The notes beneath the pieces were generated by a model. The model was not told the origin of the DNA and did not search any database. It worked only from the letters and a program-made list of their open reading frames with translations. From an uncultured delta proteobacterium (GTDB taxonomy: Bacteria; Desulfobacterota; Desulfobacteria; Desulfobacterales; Desulfosalsimonadaceae), in NCBI GenBank assembly GCA_963826785.1, contig CAWGYD010000006.1, positions 544,001 to 608,000 on the forward strand: a stretch of 64,000 nucleotides of DNA. Direction: 5' to 3'. Numbering within the stretch: the stretch's first letter is position 1; every line of letters begins with the position of its first letter. Shown here piece after piece: positions 30,117 to 41,103 of the stretch. A program made the translations under genes and the position numbers.

Positions 30117-30396
30117 AACACCCCCCTGACCCCCCTCAAGGGGGGAATCTACAGGTGTTAATCCCCCTCAAGGGGAAACACCCCCCTAACCCCCCTCAAG
30201 GGGGGACTGTGAAAAGGGGGACTGTGAAAAACGGATTCCCCCCTTAGAGGGATGGCCATTATGCTTGTGGATTCCCCCCTTGAGGGGGGCGAAGGGGGGT
30301 GTTCCCACGCCGGTCACCACATCCATCTTTAAATCCATACACAAGGGGGAATCCACAATCGTAATAATCCCCCCTTGAGGGGGGTTGGGGGGTGTT
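30117..30396. repeat. Cluster of REP-like palindromic repeats
   Basis: Full copies at about 30117-30148, 30177-30206, 30271-30303 and 30366-30396 (two in each orientation), partial copies at 30161 and 30235, and a tandem GGGGGACTGTGAAAA x2. Confidence 0.85.
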
Positions 30397-31561
30397 CAAC
30401 CCGCTTTTTTCTGCTTCTCCCGGCCGGTCATCCGCTCCAGGAAGGCGTTGATCCGAAGCTTCATCCGGCCCGCGTCGATATGGGGGCCGTATTCGCGCTC
30501 CACCCGCAGGCAGGGGATGCCCATTTCCTCCAGGTCCCGCTCGAACAGCGCGTTTTCCGCGCCGTGCAGGTCGCAGAAGCGGATGTTCTGCATGATCACC
30601 CCGTCGGCCTTGGACCGGACGATCCGCTCCTTTAAGAAGGCTCAGCCGTTCCTTGTATTTGCCGAACATGCGGGGGCAGACCGACGACCCCAGGTAATGC
30701 TCGGCCAGAGCCGCAACCGGATCGCCGTCTTCGGCAATCTCTGTGCCCTCGTAGCGGATGCCGAAGCACAGGTTCTCCCCCACCACCAGGGCTTTTTCCG
30801 TGTTTTCGATCAGCTCGAACAGGTCGATCTCGTCGCTGACGCTCCCCACCACCAAAATCGCGCTTTTTGCCTGCGTTTAACGCTTTTTTCCGGCGTTTCA
30901 GGTTGGTGATCCAGGCTTTGAGTTCCCTGGTGTATTCGTCTCTGGGCATCACCGTGCCGGCCACGGTGGCGGCAAAGGCATCGGTGCCCGTGACCACCAC
31001 ATCATCCTGGGCCCGAAGGTCCTCCAGTTCCCGGAGCAGCCGGCGCCCCTGGTTGAATTCGGAAATGGCGGCGCTGAGCTTGTCAGGGGTGATGGAAACC
31101 TTGAAGTGGTCCTCCACGCTTTTGATCAGAAGCTTGATTTCCTCGATGTACCAGTCCATGCCGTGGGCTTCGGCCTTGTGGGGAACGTCGAAGTAATAGA
31201 AGTAATCGGGGACGATCCCTTCGTAGTCCTCGCCCGCTTTTCGCCAGCATTCATCCAGCCGCCGCATGCCGTCGCACCCCGGGGTGATGATGGCCCCGTC
31301 CAGAAAGGAAAACTTGCCTTTGCCCGCCAGCTGCAGGATGCACTTGGGAAAGGTGCAGATAAACGGCCCGAAATAGGTGTCCCCCACCTCGGTCCCCTCG
31401 GTTTCGATCCCCCGCAGGCGCACCGGCAGGATGTTTGCGGCATAAAAGATCTCACCCGGGGTGTAGGAGCAGGTATAGCCCACCACAGGCTTCCCTGACT
31501 GCTTCCAGGCCATAATGGACTGGCTGTTGACCTTTGTGGCCGCATCATAGAAGATATCCAT
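30396..31561 (-). CDS. HgdB/BcrC family Fe-S subunit, broken by two +1 indels (~30860, ~30642)
   Basis: Three frames join into GYTCSY, FICTFPK, GCDGMRR, GENLCFG, VCPRMF, KADGVIMQNIRFCDLHG and LRINAFLE. Confidence 0.85.
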
Positions 31562-31564
31562 CGC

Positions 31565-33025
31565 CTACACCTCCTGTTGGTTGAACAGTTCGCCCAGGGA
31601 CTGTCGGGCCGCCTGTGCATCGTCTTCATATTCGTCGTCTGCGGGTTTCAGGACCTGCACGATCCAGTTGACCAGTCCCGGCACCACGGCCCGGGCCGCA
31701 GGGGATGGCTGCGCCTGGCTGAAAATTTTGCGTGAAGCTTCGGCAAGCTCGTAATCGTCTATGGCCGACAGAAACTGGCCGATAAATCCGGAAATGGATT
31801 CGGGCTGCGCATCTCCCACCCGGTTGAACAGCCGCAGGGTCTGGTTGACCACCTCGGCCGCCTCCTGAACGTCATAGGCGTTAAGACTTCGCGATACCGA
31901 CCCGGCGGCCTCGGCGTCATCCAGTGCCTCCCAGAAGGAAAGCCGGCGGTTTACGGTTTTGACCCGGATGTTGGTGATTTCCGGCCCCTTGATCAGGGCG
32001 AGCTGCTTAAAGGCGGGACGGCTGTTCACCGCCTCGGCCATGGCCCGGTCGATGGATGCGCCGGTCTCGGCCAGGGCCATTTTGGCCTTCCACAGGGTGA
32101 TGGGGTCGACATTCTGGGCGATTTCATCGATCTTGGCAGAGAGCAGCTGGGGCATCTTCGGTACCCCGGGTTCGCCCAGAAGGGCCGATCCGGTGTGGAT
32201 TTTTCGGGCCAATTCGGTGAGTTGGTTGAATAATCCGGCGGCGGGGCGCGCGTCGATTTCTCTTATAAAGGAGAGGATAACGTCGGTTAAGAGATCCGGG
32301 GGCATCTCGTTTAGTTTTTCAAGGGAGATGTCCAGGGCGTCGGTGGCCATGTTGACCACCGAGGGGATAAGCGACAGCAGCAGGACCACCTTGGCCGGGT
32401 ACTGCCACATCACCTGGTTGGCCATTTTCACCAGTGCGCTGGCGTCTTTGGCCGAGTGGTCCACCATTTCCTTTAATTCCCCGAAATCGATGGTCTCGAT
32501 CCAGTTTTTAAAGCCCGGCGCAAGCGTCCGTGCAAAAAACTCGGGGTCATCCTTGTGGATATCGTTTAATATCCGGCATCCCCGGGTGATCAGGGTCCCG
32601 GTCTGACCGGTGGCCAACCGGGCCGCCAAATCGCCAAACAGTTCCTTTTTTTCCCCGGTCTCCATCTGTTCAATGGTTTGGGCGGCGGTGTTGACCAGGT
32701 CGAACAGCCCATTGACCAACTCCGGCAGGGGGCCGGTGATGTCGCGGATGAAGTGCCCGTCTTTAAAAAGGTACTGAAGCTCCGGATTTTCAAGCACGTC
32801 ATCGGGGCGGGAGAGGCTCTTTTCGAGATACCTGCCCACCATCTTCAAAATGAATTTCTTGATTTTCTTGTCCCCGGCCACCACGGCCAGGACATCGGGC
32901 AAAACGGCGGCCAGGCTCTGCCGGATTTCCCGGGTGGCAAGGAGCCGGGCGATGGCCGTATTCGTTTCTGTTTCCGAGACCCGCTCGATGCCCGGCGGCA
33001 ATTCTGTGGGATGGATGGATTTCAT
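31565..33025 (-). CDS. Hypothetical alpha-helical protein (~486 aa)
   Basis: Long ORF with a GAGGGA RBS, packed into the operon; no motif recognised. Confidence 0.75.
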   Translation of the reverse strand: MKSIHPTELPPGIERVSETETNTAIARLLATREIRQSLAAVLPDVLAVVAGDKKIKKFILKMVGRYLEKSLSRPDDVLENPELQYLFKDGHFIRDITGPLPELVNGLFDLVNTAAQTIEQMETGEKKELFGDLAARLATGQTGTLITRGCRILNDIHKDDPEFFARTLAPGFKNWIETIDFGELKEMVDHSAKDASALVKMANQVMWQYPAKVVLLLSLIPSVVNMATDALDISLEKLNEMPPDLLTDVILSFIREIDARPAAGLFNQLTELARKIHTGSALLGEPGVPKMPQLLSAKIDEIAQNVDPITLWKAKMALAETGASIDRAMAEAVNSRPAFKQLALIKGPEITNIRVKTVNRRLSFWEALDDAEAAGSVSRSLNAYDVQEAAEVVNQTLRLFNRVGDAQPESISGFIGQFLSAIDDYELAEASRKIFSQAQPSPAARAVVPGLVNWIVQVLKPADDEYEDDAQAARQSLGELFNQQEV

Positions 33026-33068
33026 GATAGTTCCCTCTTTTAAGGAAAAATATTTCTTTTGCGTTCTT

Positions 33069-34448
33069 CTAAAGCGCCGCGGCCGCTTTGGGCATCTCCG
33101 GGGAGAGTCGATGTGCGGCATCGTTTATCTCGGGCTTTTTCCCGGCCTGATCCAGCTGATCCAGGGCCAGCAGATGTTTGGATAATCGGCGGCCCAGAGA
33201 CAATATGGTGGCGGTGGGCGGCAAGCCCCATTCCTGGGGGATGACCGAGGCATCGCACACATAGAGGTTGTCGAATTTCGTTTTAAGATCCGTATCCACG
33301 TGCTCGCCGATCTTGACCGTCCCGCCGGGGTGGGCGGCAAACATCCAGCCCCGGTAAATATCCGTGGCGCCGGCATGGGCAAGAATCCGCCGGGCGTGGT
33401 CGGCCCCCTTGTTCAGCTTTGCCTTGTCTTCTTTCGTCACGGATTTGGCCACCCATCCGTTTTTCGTGATCCGGCCGCCCAGGTCGTCTCTGATCTTGAT
33501 CATGATGGGAAGCACGTTTCTGTAGGCAAAGGCCTGTTTGATCTTGAACACCTCCAGGTCAAACAGGATCTTCATGAGATGCGGCATGTTGAAGTCGGTC
33601 ATGACGATGCCGTCATCGGCAAAATGGACCCCGGCGCTCATGGGGACGGCCCTGCCGTTGCCCAGCCCCCTGATCTTCCCGTAAACAAAGATCAGCGGAT
33701 CATAGAAGAAATCGTATCCCGTACCCTGCATGCCGGATTTGCGCAGGATCAAGGGAGATCCGATGCCGCCGGCGGCGATGATCGTCTTCGGCGCATAGGC
33801 CCGGTATTTTTCCTTGCCGCGGGTGTATTCGACCCCGACGGCGGCCTTGTTTTCGATGATCACCTTTTCCACCCGGGCATGGTTGATCATGGTGGCGCCG
33901 CTTCCCAGTGCATCGTCGATGAAATGCCGGGCGTTCCACTTGGCCCCGTAGGGGCATCCGTAGCTGCAGAGCTGGCATTTCACCCGGCATTTGTCCTGGT
34001 AGATGAACTTGTTGAGTTTGTGGGCGTCATATCCCAGGTCCTGTGCGCTTTCCAGAAATCGCCGCGGCCCCGCGGCCATCAGTTCATCGGCCAGAGGCGC
34101 CATGGGGATTTGATTCTTCATTTCCGAGGCTTCGGCCGAGACGTCCACGCCGTAGGTGTTGAGCATTTCCACCGGGGGATCAAAGGCGGTGCCGCAGTAA
34201 ATCAGGGAGCTGCCGCCGGTAGTGATGGCGCGGATCATCCCCAGCATTTGATTGGTGATCAACAGGCTTTTTCCGGGGATAAACGCCTGGGGCAGGACCT
34301 GGGTGAACTTGCCCCGGATGGGGTCGTTGTCCCCCCATTCCAGGATCAGCACTTTTTTGCCGTTTGCGGACAGGTCCTTTGCCACGGTGGCGCCGCCGGG
34401 GCCGCTGCCCACCACGATGGCGTCAAATTCGGTATTGGGGGATTTCAT
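33069..34448 (-). CDS. GMC family FAD oxidoreductase
   Basis: IVVGSGPGG...LEWG, CxxC(x2)CxxGC, AAGGIGSP, HPGGT and YVCDAS. Confidence 0.9.
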   Translation of the reverse strand: MKSPNTEFDAIVVGSGPGGATVAKDLSANGKKVLILEWGDNDPIRGKFTQVLPQAFIPGKSLLITNQMLGMIRAITTGGSSLIYCGTAFDPPVEMLNTYGVDVSAEASEMKNQIPMAPLADELMAAGPRRFLESAQDLGYDAHKLNKFIYQDKCRVKCQLCSYGCPYGAKWNARHFIDDALGSGATMINHARVEKVIIENKAAVGVEYTRGKEKYRAYAPKTIIAAGGIGSPLILRKSGMQGTGYDFFYDPLIFVYGKIRGLGNGRAVPMSAGVHFADDGIVMTDFNMPHLMKILFDLEVFKIKQAFAYRNVLPIMIKIRDDLGGRITKNGWVAKSVTKEDKAKLNKGADHARRILAHAGATDIYRGWMFAAHPGGTVKIGEHVDTDLKTKFDNLYVCDASVIPQEWGLPPTATILSLGRRLSKHLLALDQLDQAGKKPEINDAAHRLSPEMPKAAAAL

Positions 34449-34593
34449 GGCATGTGCCTCCTCATGGATGTGTGGATCGGATGAAATGAAAAACCTTCAG
34501 CAGGCGTTATCCCGCCCGGGTATTTTTGTTCGCACTCGCTCAACCGCTTTGGGAAAATCGTAACCATGATGCGCACCGTGAACAATGTTTGGA

Positions 34594-34617
34594 ATGTCGA
34601 CTGTCGACCGTCGACAT
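34594..34617. promoter_or_regulatory. Candidate GntR operator (GTCGAC x3)
   Basis: ATGTCGACTGTCGACCGTCGACAT is near-palindromic and lies just downstream of the -10 box. Confidence 0.65.
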
Positions 34618-34619
34618 GA

Positions 34620-34648
34620 ATACTAATTTTTAAAATATCCGGTGTCAA
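34620..34648 (-). promoter_or_regulatory. Sigma70 promoter for the minus-strand operon
   Basis: TTGACA-N17-TAGTAT on the minus strand. Confidence 0.75.
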
Positions 34649-34757
34649 GAAATTAAATGACCCGATTGAAATCCTTTGAAATCATATGTATGATTACCGG
34701 GTATATCCGTGATGACGGCAGGAATTAATTTTAACCGAATACGCGCAAGAGGGGAGT

Positions 34758-35147
34758 ATGGCTTCAGCAGGTGACGACAGGCTCAAAGGGATTTTAGATG
34801 ATGTTTATCGCAGCCGGGAGGCAAAGGAGAAGACGTACCGGGATCGGGCCTTAAAAATGTTTCCGCACGTCTGCGGCCGCTGCGGCCGGGAGTTTGAAGG
34901 AAAACGCCTCCGGGAACTCACCGTGCATCACAGGGACCACAACCACGACAACAATCCGCCCGATGGCAGCAACTGGGAGCTGTTGTGCCTTTACTGCCAT
35001 GACAACGAGCATGACCGGGATTCGGTGGCGCAATCCTATGACAGGGAGTCCCCGAATCGCGAAGCGGCTGTCGATTCAGATTTCAAGCCGTTTGCCGGAT
35101 TGGCGGACCTGCTTCGAAAAAAACAGTCGGAAACGAAAAAAAAATAA
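34758..35147 (+). CDS. yajD: YajD family HNH nuclease
   Basis: YRDRALK, CGRCGREF and LTVHHRDHNHDNNPPDGSNWELLCLYCHDNEH. Confidence 0.88.
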   Translation: MASAGDDRLKGILDDVYRSREAKEKTYRDRALKMFPHVCGRCGREFEGKRLRELTVHHRDHNHDNNPPDGSNWELLCLYCHDNEHDRDSVAQSYDRESPNREAAVDSDFKPFAGLADLLRKKQSETKKK

Positions 35148-35155
35148 GGGCCGAC

Positions 35156-36517
35156 CTAAGAAGCCGCCATCACCTTCTGTTCCGGTCTGGGTGCGGCCAC
35201 CGCCGCAAGCTTTCTTTTCCCGGGGGCTTCGGCTGCCGTGAGATGCCGGGCCAGCCGCTTGCCCAGGGCCAGGATGGACCAGGTGGGGGGCAGGCCCCAT
35301 TCTTCCGGCATGACCGAGCAGTCGCACACGTAGAGGTTCTCAAATCTGGTCTGCAGGTTGGCGTCCAGCTGCTCGCCCAGTTTTACCGTTCCGCCCGGGT
35401 GGGCCGCGATCGTCCAGCTCTTGTAAATTTCTTTGGCGCCGGCATTGGACAGGATCCGCCGGGCATGGGCGGCCCCCTTTTCCAGCTTGAGGTTGTCCTC
35501 CCGGGTCAGGGGCTTTCTCACCCAGCCGCCCCGGGTGATCTCTCCGGACAGATCGTCGCGGACCTTGATCATGATGGGAATCACGTCGGCATAGGCAAAC
35601 GACTGCTTCACCTTGAGAATTTCCAGATCAAAGGCGATTTTCATCAGGCGGGGCATGTTGAAATCGGTCATGACGATGCCGTCGTCGGCAAAATGGACGC
35701 CGGTGCTCATGGGGATGGCCCTGCCGCCGCCGGTCCCCTTGACCTTGCCGTAGACGAAAACCAGCGGATCGAAGAAGAAGTCAAACCCGGTGCCGCGCAT
35801 CCCGCTGTTTCGAAGGATCATGGGGGAGCCGATGCCGCCGGCTGCCACGATAATTTTTTCCCCAAAGACCTGTGTTTTTTTCTTGTTGTGGGTGTATTCG
35901 ACGCCGACCGCTTTCTTGTTTTCGATGATGACCCTGTTTACCCGGGCCTTGTTGATCATGGTCGCGCCGCTGGCCTGCGCTTCGTCCACGAAATGGCGGG
36001 CGTTCCATTTGGCGCCGTGGGGGCAGCCGTACATGCACCGCTGGCAATCGGCCCGGCATTTGGAAGCATCGATGAACTTTTCCAGCTTGTGGGCGTCGTA
36101 TCCCAGGTCCAGCGCGCTGTCCAGGAAACGCCGGGGCCCGGGCCCATGAGTTCGTCGGGAAGTTGGGCAATGGGCACGTCTTTTCTGACCGCCTCGGCTT
36201 CCCCGGATGATGTCCACGCCGTATTTTTTGAGCATTTCCACGGGCGGGGCAAATGCCGTGCCGCAGTAGATCAGGGAGCTTCCCCCGGTGGTGGTGGCGC
36301 GGACAATGGGGACCGCCTGGGAGGTCATGACCACGCTTTTACCGGGTACGAATGCCCGGGGAAATGCATTGAATATCGTGCCCTTGATGGGGTCGTTGTC
36401 ACCCCATTCCAGGATGAGCACCTTTTTGCCGGCCAGGGAAAGATCTCTGGCGACGGTGGCCCCTCCCGGCCCGCTGCCCACCACGATGGCATCATAATCG
36501 GTTTTCATTGATTCCAT
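35156..36517 (-). CDS. GMC family FAD oxidoreductase (paralog), with two compensating indels
   Basis: Same motifs as 33069-34448; about 36140-36210 reads out of frame relative to the paralog. Confidence 0.88.
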   Translation of the reverse strand: MESMKTDYDAIVVGSGPGGATVARDLSLAGKKVLILEWGDNDPIKGTIFNAFPRAFVPGKSVVMTSQAVPIVRATTTGGSSLIYCGTAFAPPVEMLKKYGVDIIRGSRGGQKRRAHCPTSRRTHGPGPRRFLDSALDLGYDAHKLEKFIDASKCRADCQRCMYGCPHGAKWNARHFVDEAQASGATMINKARVNRVIIENKKAVGVEYTHNKKKTQVFGEKIIVAAGGIGSPMILRNSGMRGTGFDFFFDPLVFVYGKVKGTGGGRAIPMSTGVHFADDGIVMTDFNMPRLMKIAFDLEILKVKQSFAYADVIPIMIKVRDDLSGEITRGGWVRKPLTREDNLKLEKGAAHARRILSNAGAKEIYKSWTIAAHPGGTVKLGEQLDANLQTRFENLYVCDCSVMPEEWGLPPTWSILALGKRLARHLTAAEAPGKRKLAAVAAPRPEQKVMAAS

Positions 36518-36761
36518 GGCAACCTCCTTCTTTGTTTTTCATGTGGGGCCTGGGCGGCAGAGGTGGTGAGGGATCCGGCCTTGATTAAAAAGCTTCCTGC
36601 GGCCGGGTTGCGGCAGGCGTTTGCCGAGGCCAATTACCCTTTTACGGGAAACCCTTTTTTATATATAAGTAATTTTCAAATACATTGTCAACACATGCGA
36701 TCCGTGTTCACCCGATACCGGCCCGGTGGGTCGGCGTGAAGATCAGCCCGGAGAATAATCC

Positions 36762-37838
36762 ATGAATGAACAGATTCGAGATTTGATGGAGGCCCATGTC
36801 GCGCATGAGCTTGACCGGTTCAAGGAAGAAAACTTCAGAAAAGCCGTGGCCGCAGAGGTGGATGCCTTTTTCGATTGGAGTGCGGCGATCCGGCTCAGGG
36901 ATGCGGCAGATTCCGAACGCATACTGGCGATCGTAAAAAGATCCGTGGTGGAAATCCAATTCGACCCTGAGGCGGCGCACCTGGTGGGCGAATGGATCCG
37001 GGTGGTGCTCGATCTGCCGGAAAACCGGACCACCCCGGTAAAGGAAGTGGTCGCTCGCGGCCCCTATGCCGAGGCGGTTCAAAAGATCGCAACCCTGGAA
37101 GGGGCCAGAAAGCGCCTGATCCGGCGGTTTGTCGTCAGTCGGGTCTATTCGCGGCAGATCGCGGATGTCCTGTATGCGGGTATCCGGGATTTTCTCATGG
37201 AGGAAAATTTGATCACCCGGAAGATTCCCGGAATGGCCTCCCTGATCAAGTTCGGCCGGCTGGCCGTAAACAAGACCATGCCGCCCCTGGAGTCGCTCAT
37301 AGAAGCCACCGTGAAGCGATATATCGAAATCAACCTGACACGGATGCTTCGCCGGAGCGAGCGTTCCTTAAATGACTATTTCACCGCAGACCGGATCATA
37401 AATGCGGGAAACCGGATGTGGGAATCAGCCGAAAACAGACCTCTTTGCGAATACGCGGACCGGATCGATCCCGGGCAGACGGAGGAATTCAGGCGCCTGG
37501 GAAAAGATTTCTGGCGTCACTTCCGGCAAACCCCCTTTTTTGAAGCCGTCTGCCGGGGCCTGGCCGGTTACGTGTTTGCCGAGTACGGGGATCGAAAGCT
37601 AAATGAAATATGGCAAGCCGCGGGCATAACGCCTGAACTGGTGACGGACAATATCCTGGATGCACTTACCCCCGCCATTGAAACGGGGCTTGCCACCGGT
37701 TTTCTGGCCGCACGCATCCGTGCCCGCCTGGAATCATTTTACCTGTCGGATGCGGCAGGACAGGCATTAAGCGAGAAACCGGCTGTTGAAACCGGTCAGC
37801 AAAAGAAAGGCCGGAAAAGAAAAATCAACGAGGGCTGA
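36762..37838 (+). CDS. Hypothetical alpha-helical protein
   Basis: 358-aa ORF with a GGAG RBS; no motif recognised. Confidence 0.7.
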   Translation: MNEQIRDLMEAHVAHELDRFKEENFRKAVAAEVDAFFDWSAAIRLRDAADSERILAIVKRSVVEIQFDPEAAHLVGEWIRVVLDLPENRTTPVKEVVARGPYAEAVQKIATLEGARKRLIRRFVVSRVYSRQIADVLYAGIRDFLMEENLITRKIPGMASLIKFGRLAVNKTMPPLESLIEATVKRYIEINLTRMLRRSERSLNDYFTADRIINAGNRMWESAENRPLCEYADRIDPGQTEEFRRLGKDFWRHFRQTPFFEAVCRGLAGYVFAEYGDRKLNEIWQAAGITPELVTDNILDALTPAIETGLATGFLAARIRARLESFYLSDAAGQALSEKPAVETGQQKKGRKRKINEG

Positions 37839-37873
37839 TTTTTCAGATCGCAACGAAATATGTCCGGATGCTC

Positions 37874-37917
37874 AACCTCCCATAACCCTCTCAAGGGGGG
37901 TAATCCCCTTGAGAGGG
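37874..37917. repeat. Degenerate REP-like doublet
   Basis: CCCTCTCAAGGGG-GGTAAT-CCCCTTGAGAGGG between convergent genes. Confidence 0.65.
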
Positions 37918-37957
37918 CACAGAAAATCCAAACTCCCGGCTTTTTTTGATCAAAAGG

Positions 37958-39302
37958 TTACTTGAACTGGGCCGATTCCGTGGAATCCTCCATGGCGCCC
38001 ACCGAGCTTTTGCCGCCGGTGATGGTGTTCATCACCCGGTCGAAATAGCCGGTTCCCACAAAGGCCTGGTGGGTGATGGCCCGGTATCCGCCCTTCTTCC
38101 CGTCGTCGAACTCCTTTTGCTGGAATTTTGAATAGGCCATCATCCCCTCGTCCTTATAGCTTGACGGCCAGGTCGAACATGCCCAGGTTCAGCGTATGGA
38201 ACCCGGCCAGGGTGACGAACTGGAACTTGTATCCCATGGCCCCCAGCTCCCGCTGGAATTTGGCGATGTCGGCATCGTCCATGTGGGCCTGCCAGTTGAA
38301 GGAGGGAGAGCAGTTGTAGGACAGCAGCTTGTCCGGGTATTCCCGGCGGATGCCTTCGGCGAATTTTTTGGCCTGCTCGAGATCCGGTTTGGAGGTCTCG
38401 CACCAGATCATGTCCGCATAGGGGGCATAGGAGAGTCCCCGGGCGATGGCGGATTCCACCCCGGGCTGGATATAGTAGAATCCCTCGTCGGTGCGCTGGG
38501 AGCTGGTGATGAAGGGGAGGTCCCGTTCATCGATGTCGGAGGTGAGCAGCTTGGCGGCGTCCGCGTCCGTGCGGGCGACCAGGATGGTGGGCACGTCGCA
38601 GATGTCGGCGGCCAGGCGCGCGGCGGCCAGCTTGGTGATGAATTCCCGGGTGGGGACCAGGACTTTTCCGCCCAGGTGTCCGCATTTTTTCGCCGAAGCC
38701 AGCTGGTCCTCGAAATGGACGCCTGCAGCACCCGCTTCGATCATGGATTTCATCAGCTCAAAGGCATTCAGCGGCCCCCCGAATCCGGCTTCGGCATCGG
38801 CCACAATGGGGGCGAACCAGTAAGGTCCGTCCAGCCGGCAGTCGAGCACCTGGATCTGGTCGGCCCGGCGGAAGGCGTTGTTGATGCGCCGCACCACGTT
38901 GGGGACGCTGTTGGAGGGATACAGGCTCTGGTCGGGGTACATCTCGCCTGCCAGATTGGCATCCGCCGCCACCTGCCAGCCGCTGACATAAATCGCCTTG
39001 AGACCCGCCTCCACCTGCTGGACGGCCTGGTTGCCGGTCAGTGCCCCCAGGGCGGGAATGAACGCTTCCTTGTGCAGCAGCCCCCACAGGCGGATGGCGC
39101 CGGCCGTGGCAAATGTATACTCCGTTTTCATGGTGCCCCTGAGGTTGAGCACATCCTCTGCGGTATAGGGGCGCACAATCCCCTTCCAGCGCGGATCGGT
39201 TTTCCATGAATTTTCCAGGGCGCTGTGCTCTTCCGGATCGATCTGGTGACAGGAATGCCGCTTCTCGAGTTCAATCAATTTTTCATCAATGGTCTTGGTC
39301 AT
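37958..39302 (-). CDS. aceA: Isocitrate lyase, +1 frameshift near 38160
   Basis: [17 protein letters not shown] and YNCSPSFNW; the C-terminal [11 protein letters not shown]...STE..QF is in the next frame. Confidence 0.95.
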
Positions 39303-39314
39303 TTCACTCTTCCT

Positions 39315-40916
<1,602 letters not shown>

Positions 40917-41103
40917 CTCCTCCCATCTGTTCGTTGTTCGGTTTTCTTAAGATGGCAAATGGTGAATCTGATTTGACTTGCCGGAATTCATATTATTATC
41001 ATAGTTTATAATAACAACTCGTTTTGGATTTGTCACAGATCGTTTTATCATCACCAAAAGCAAATGGCGGATTCGGCTGGAGTCAGGGCCGCAGGAATGT
41101 TTA

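Noticed and set aside
30117..30396. Possible CRISPR array
   Set aside because: Repeats occur in both orientations with irregular spacing, have dispersed single copies, and no cas genes are present.
25546..31561. Calling the genes bcrABCD or hgdABC
   Set aside because: Only family-level motifs are visible, and the usual pathway partners are absent.
34758..35147. HNH nuclease as a defence or homing element
   Set aside because: It matches the conserved chromosomal YajD family and has no mobile or defence neighbours.
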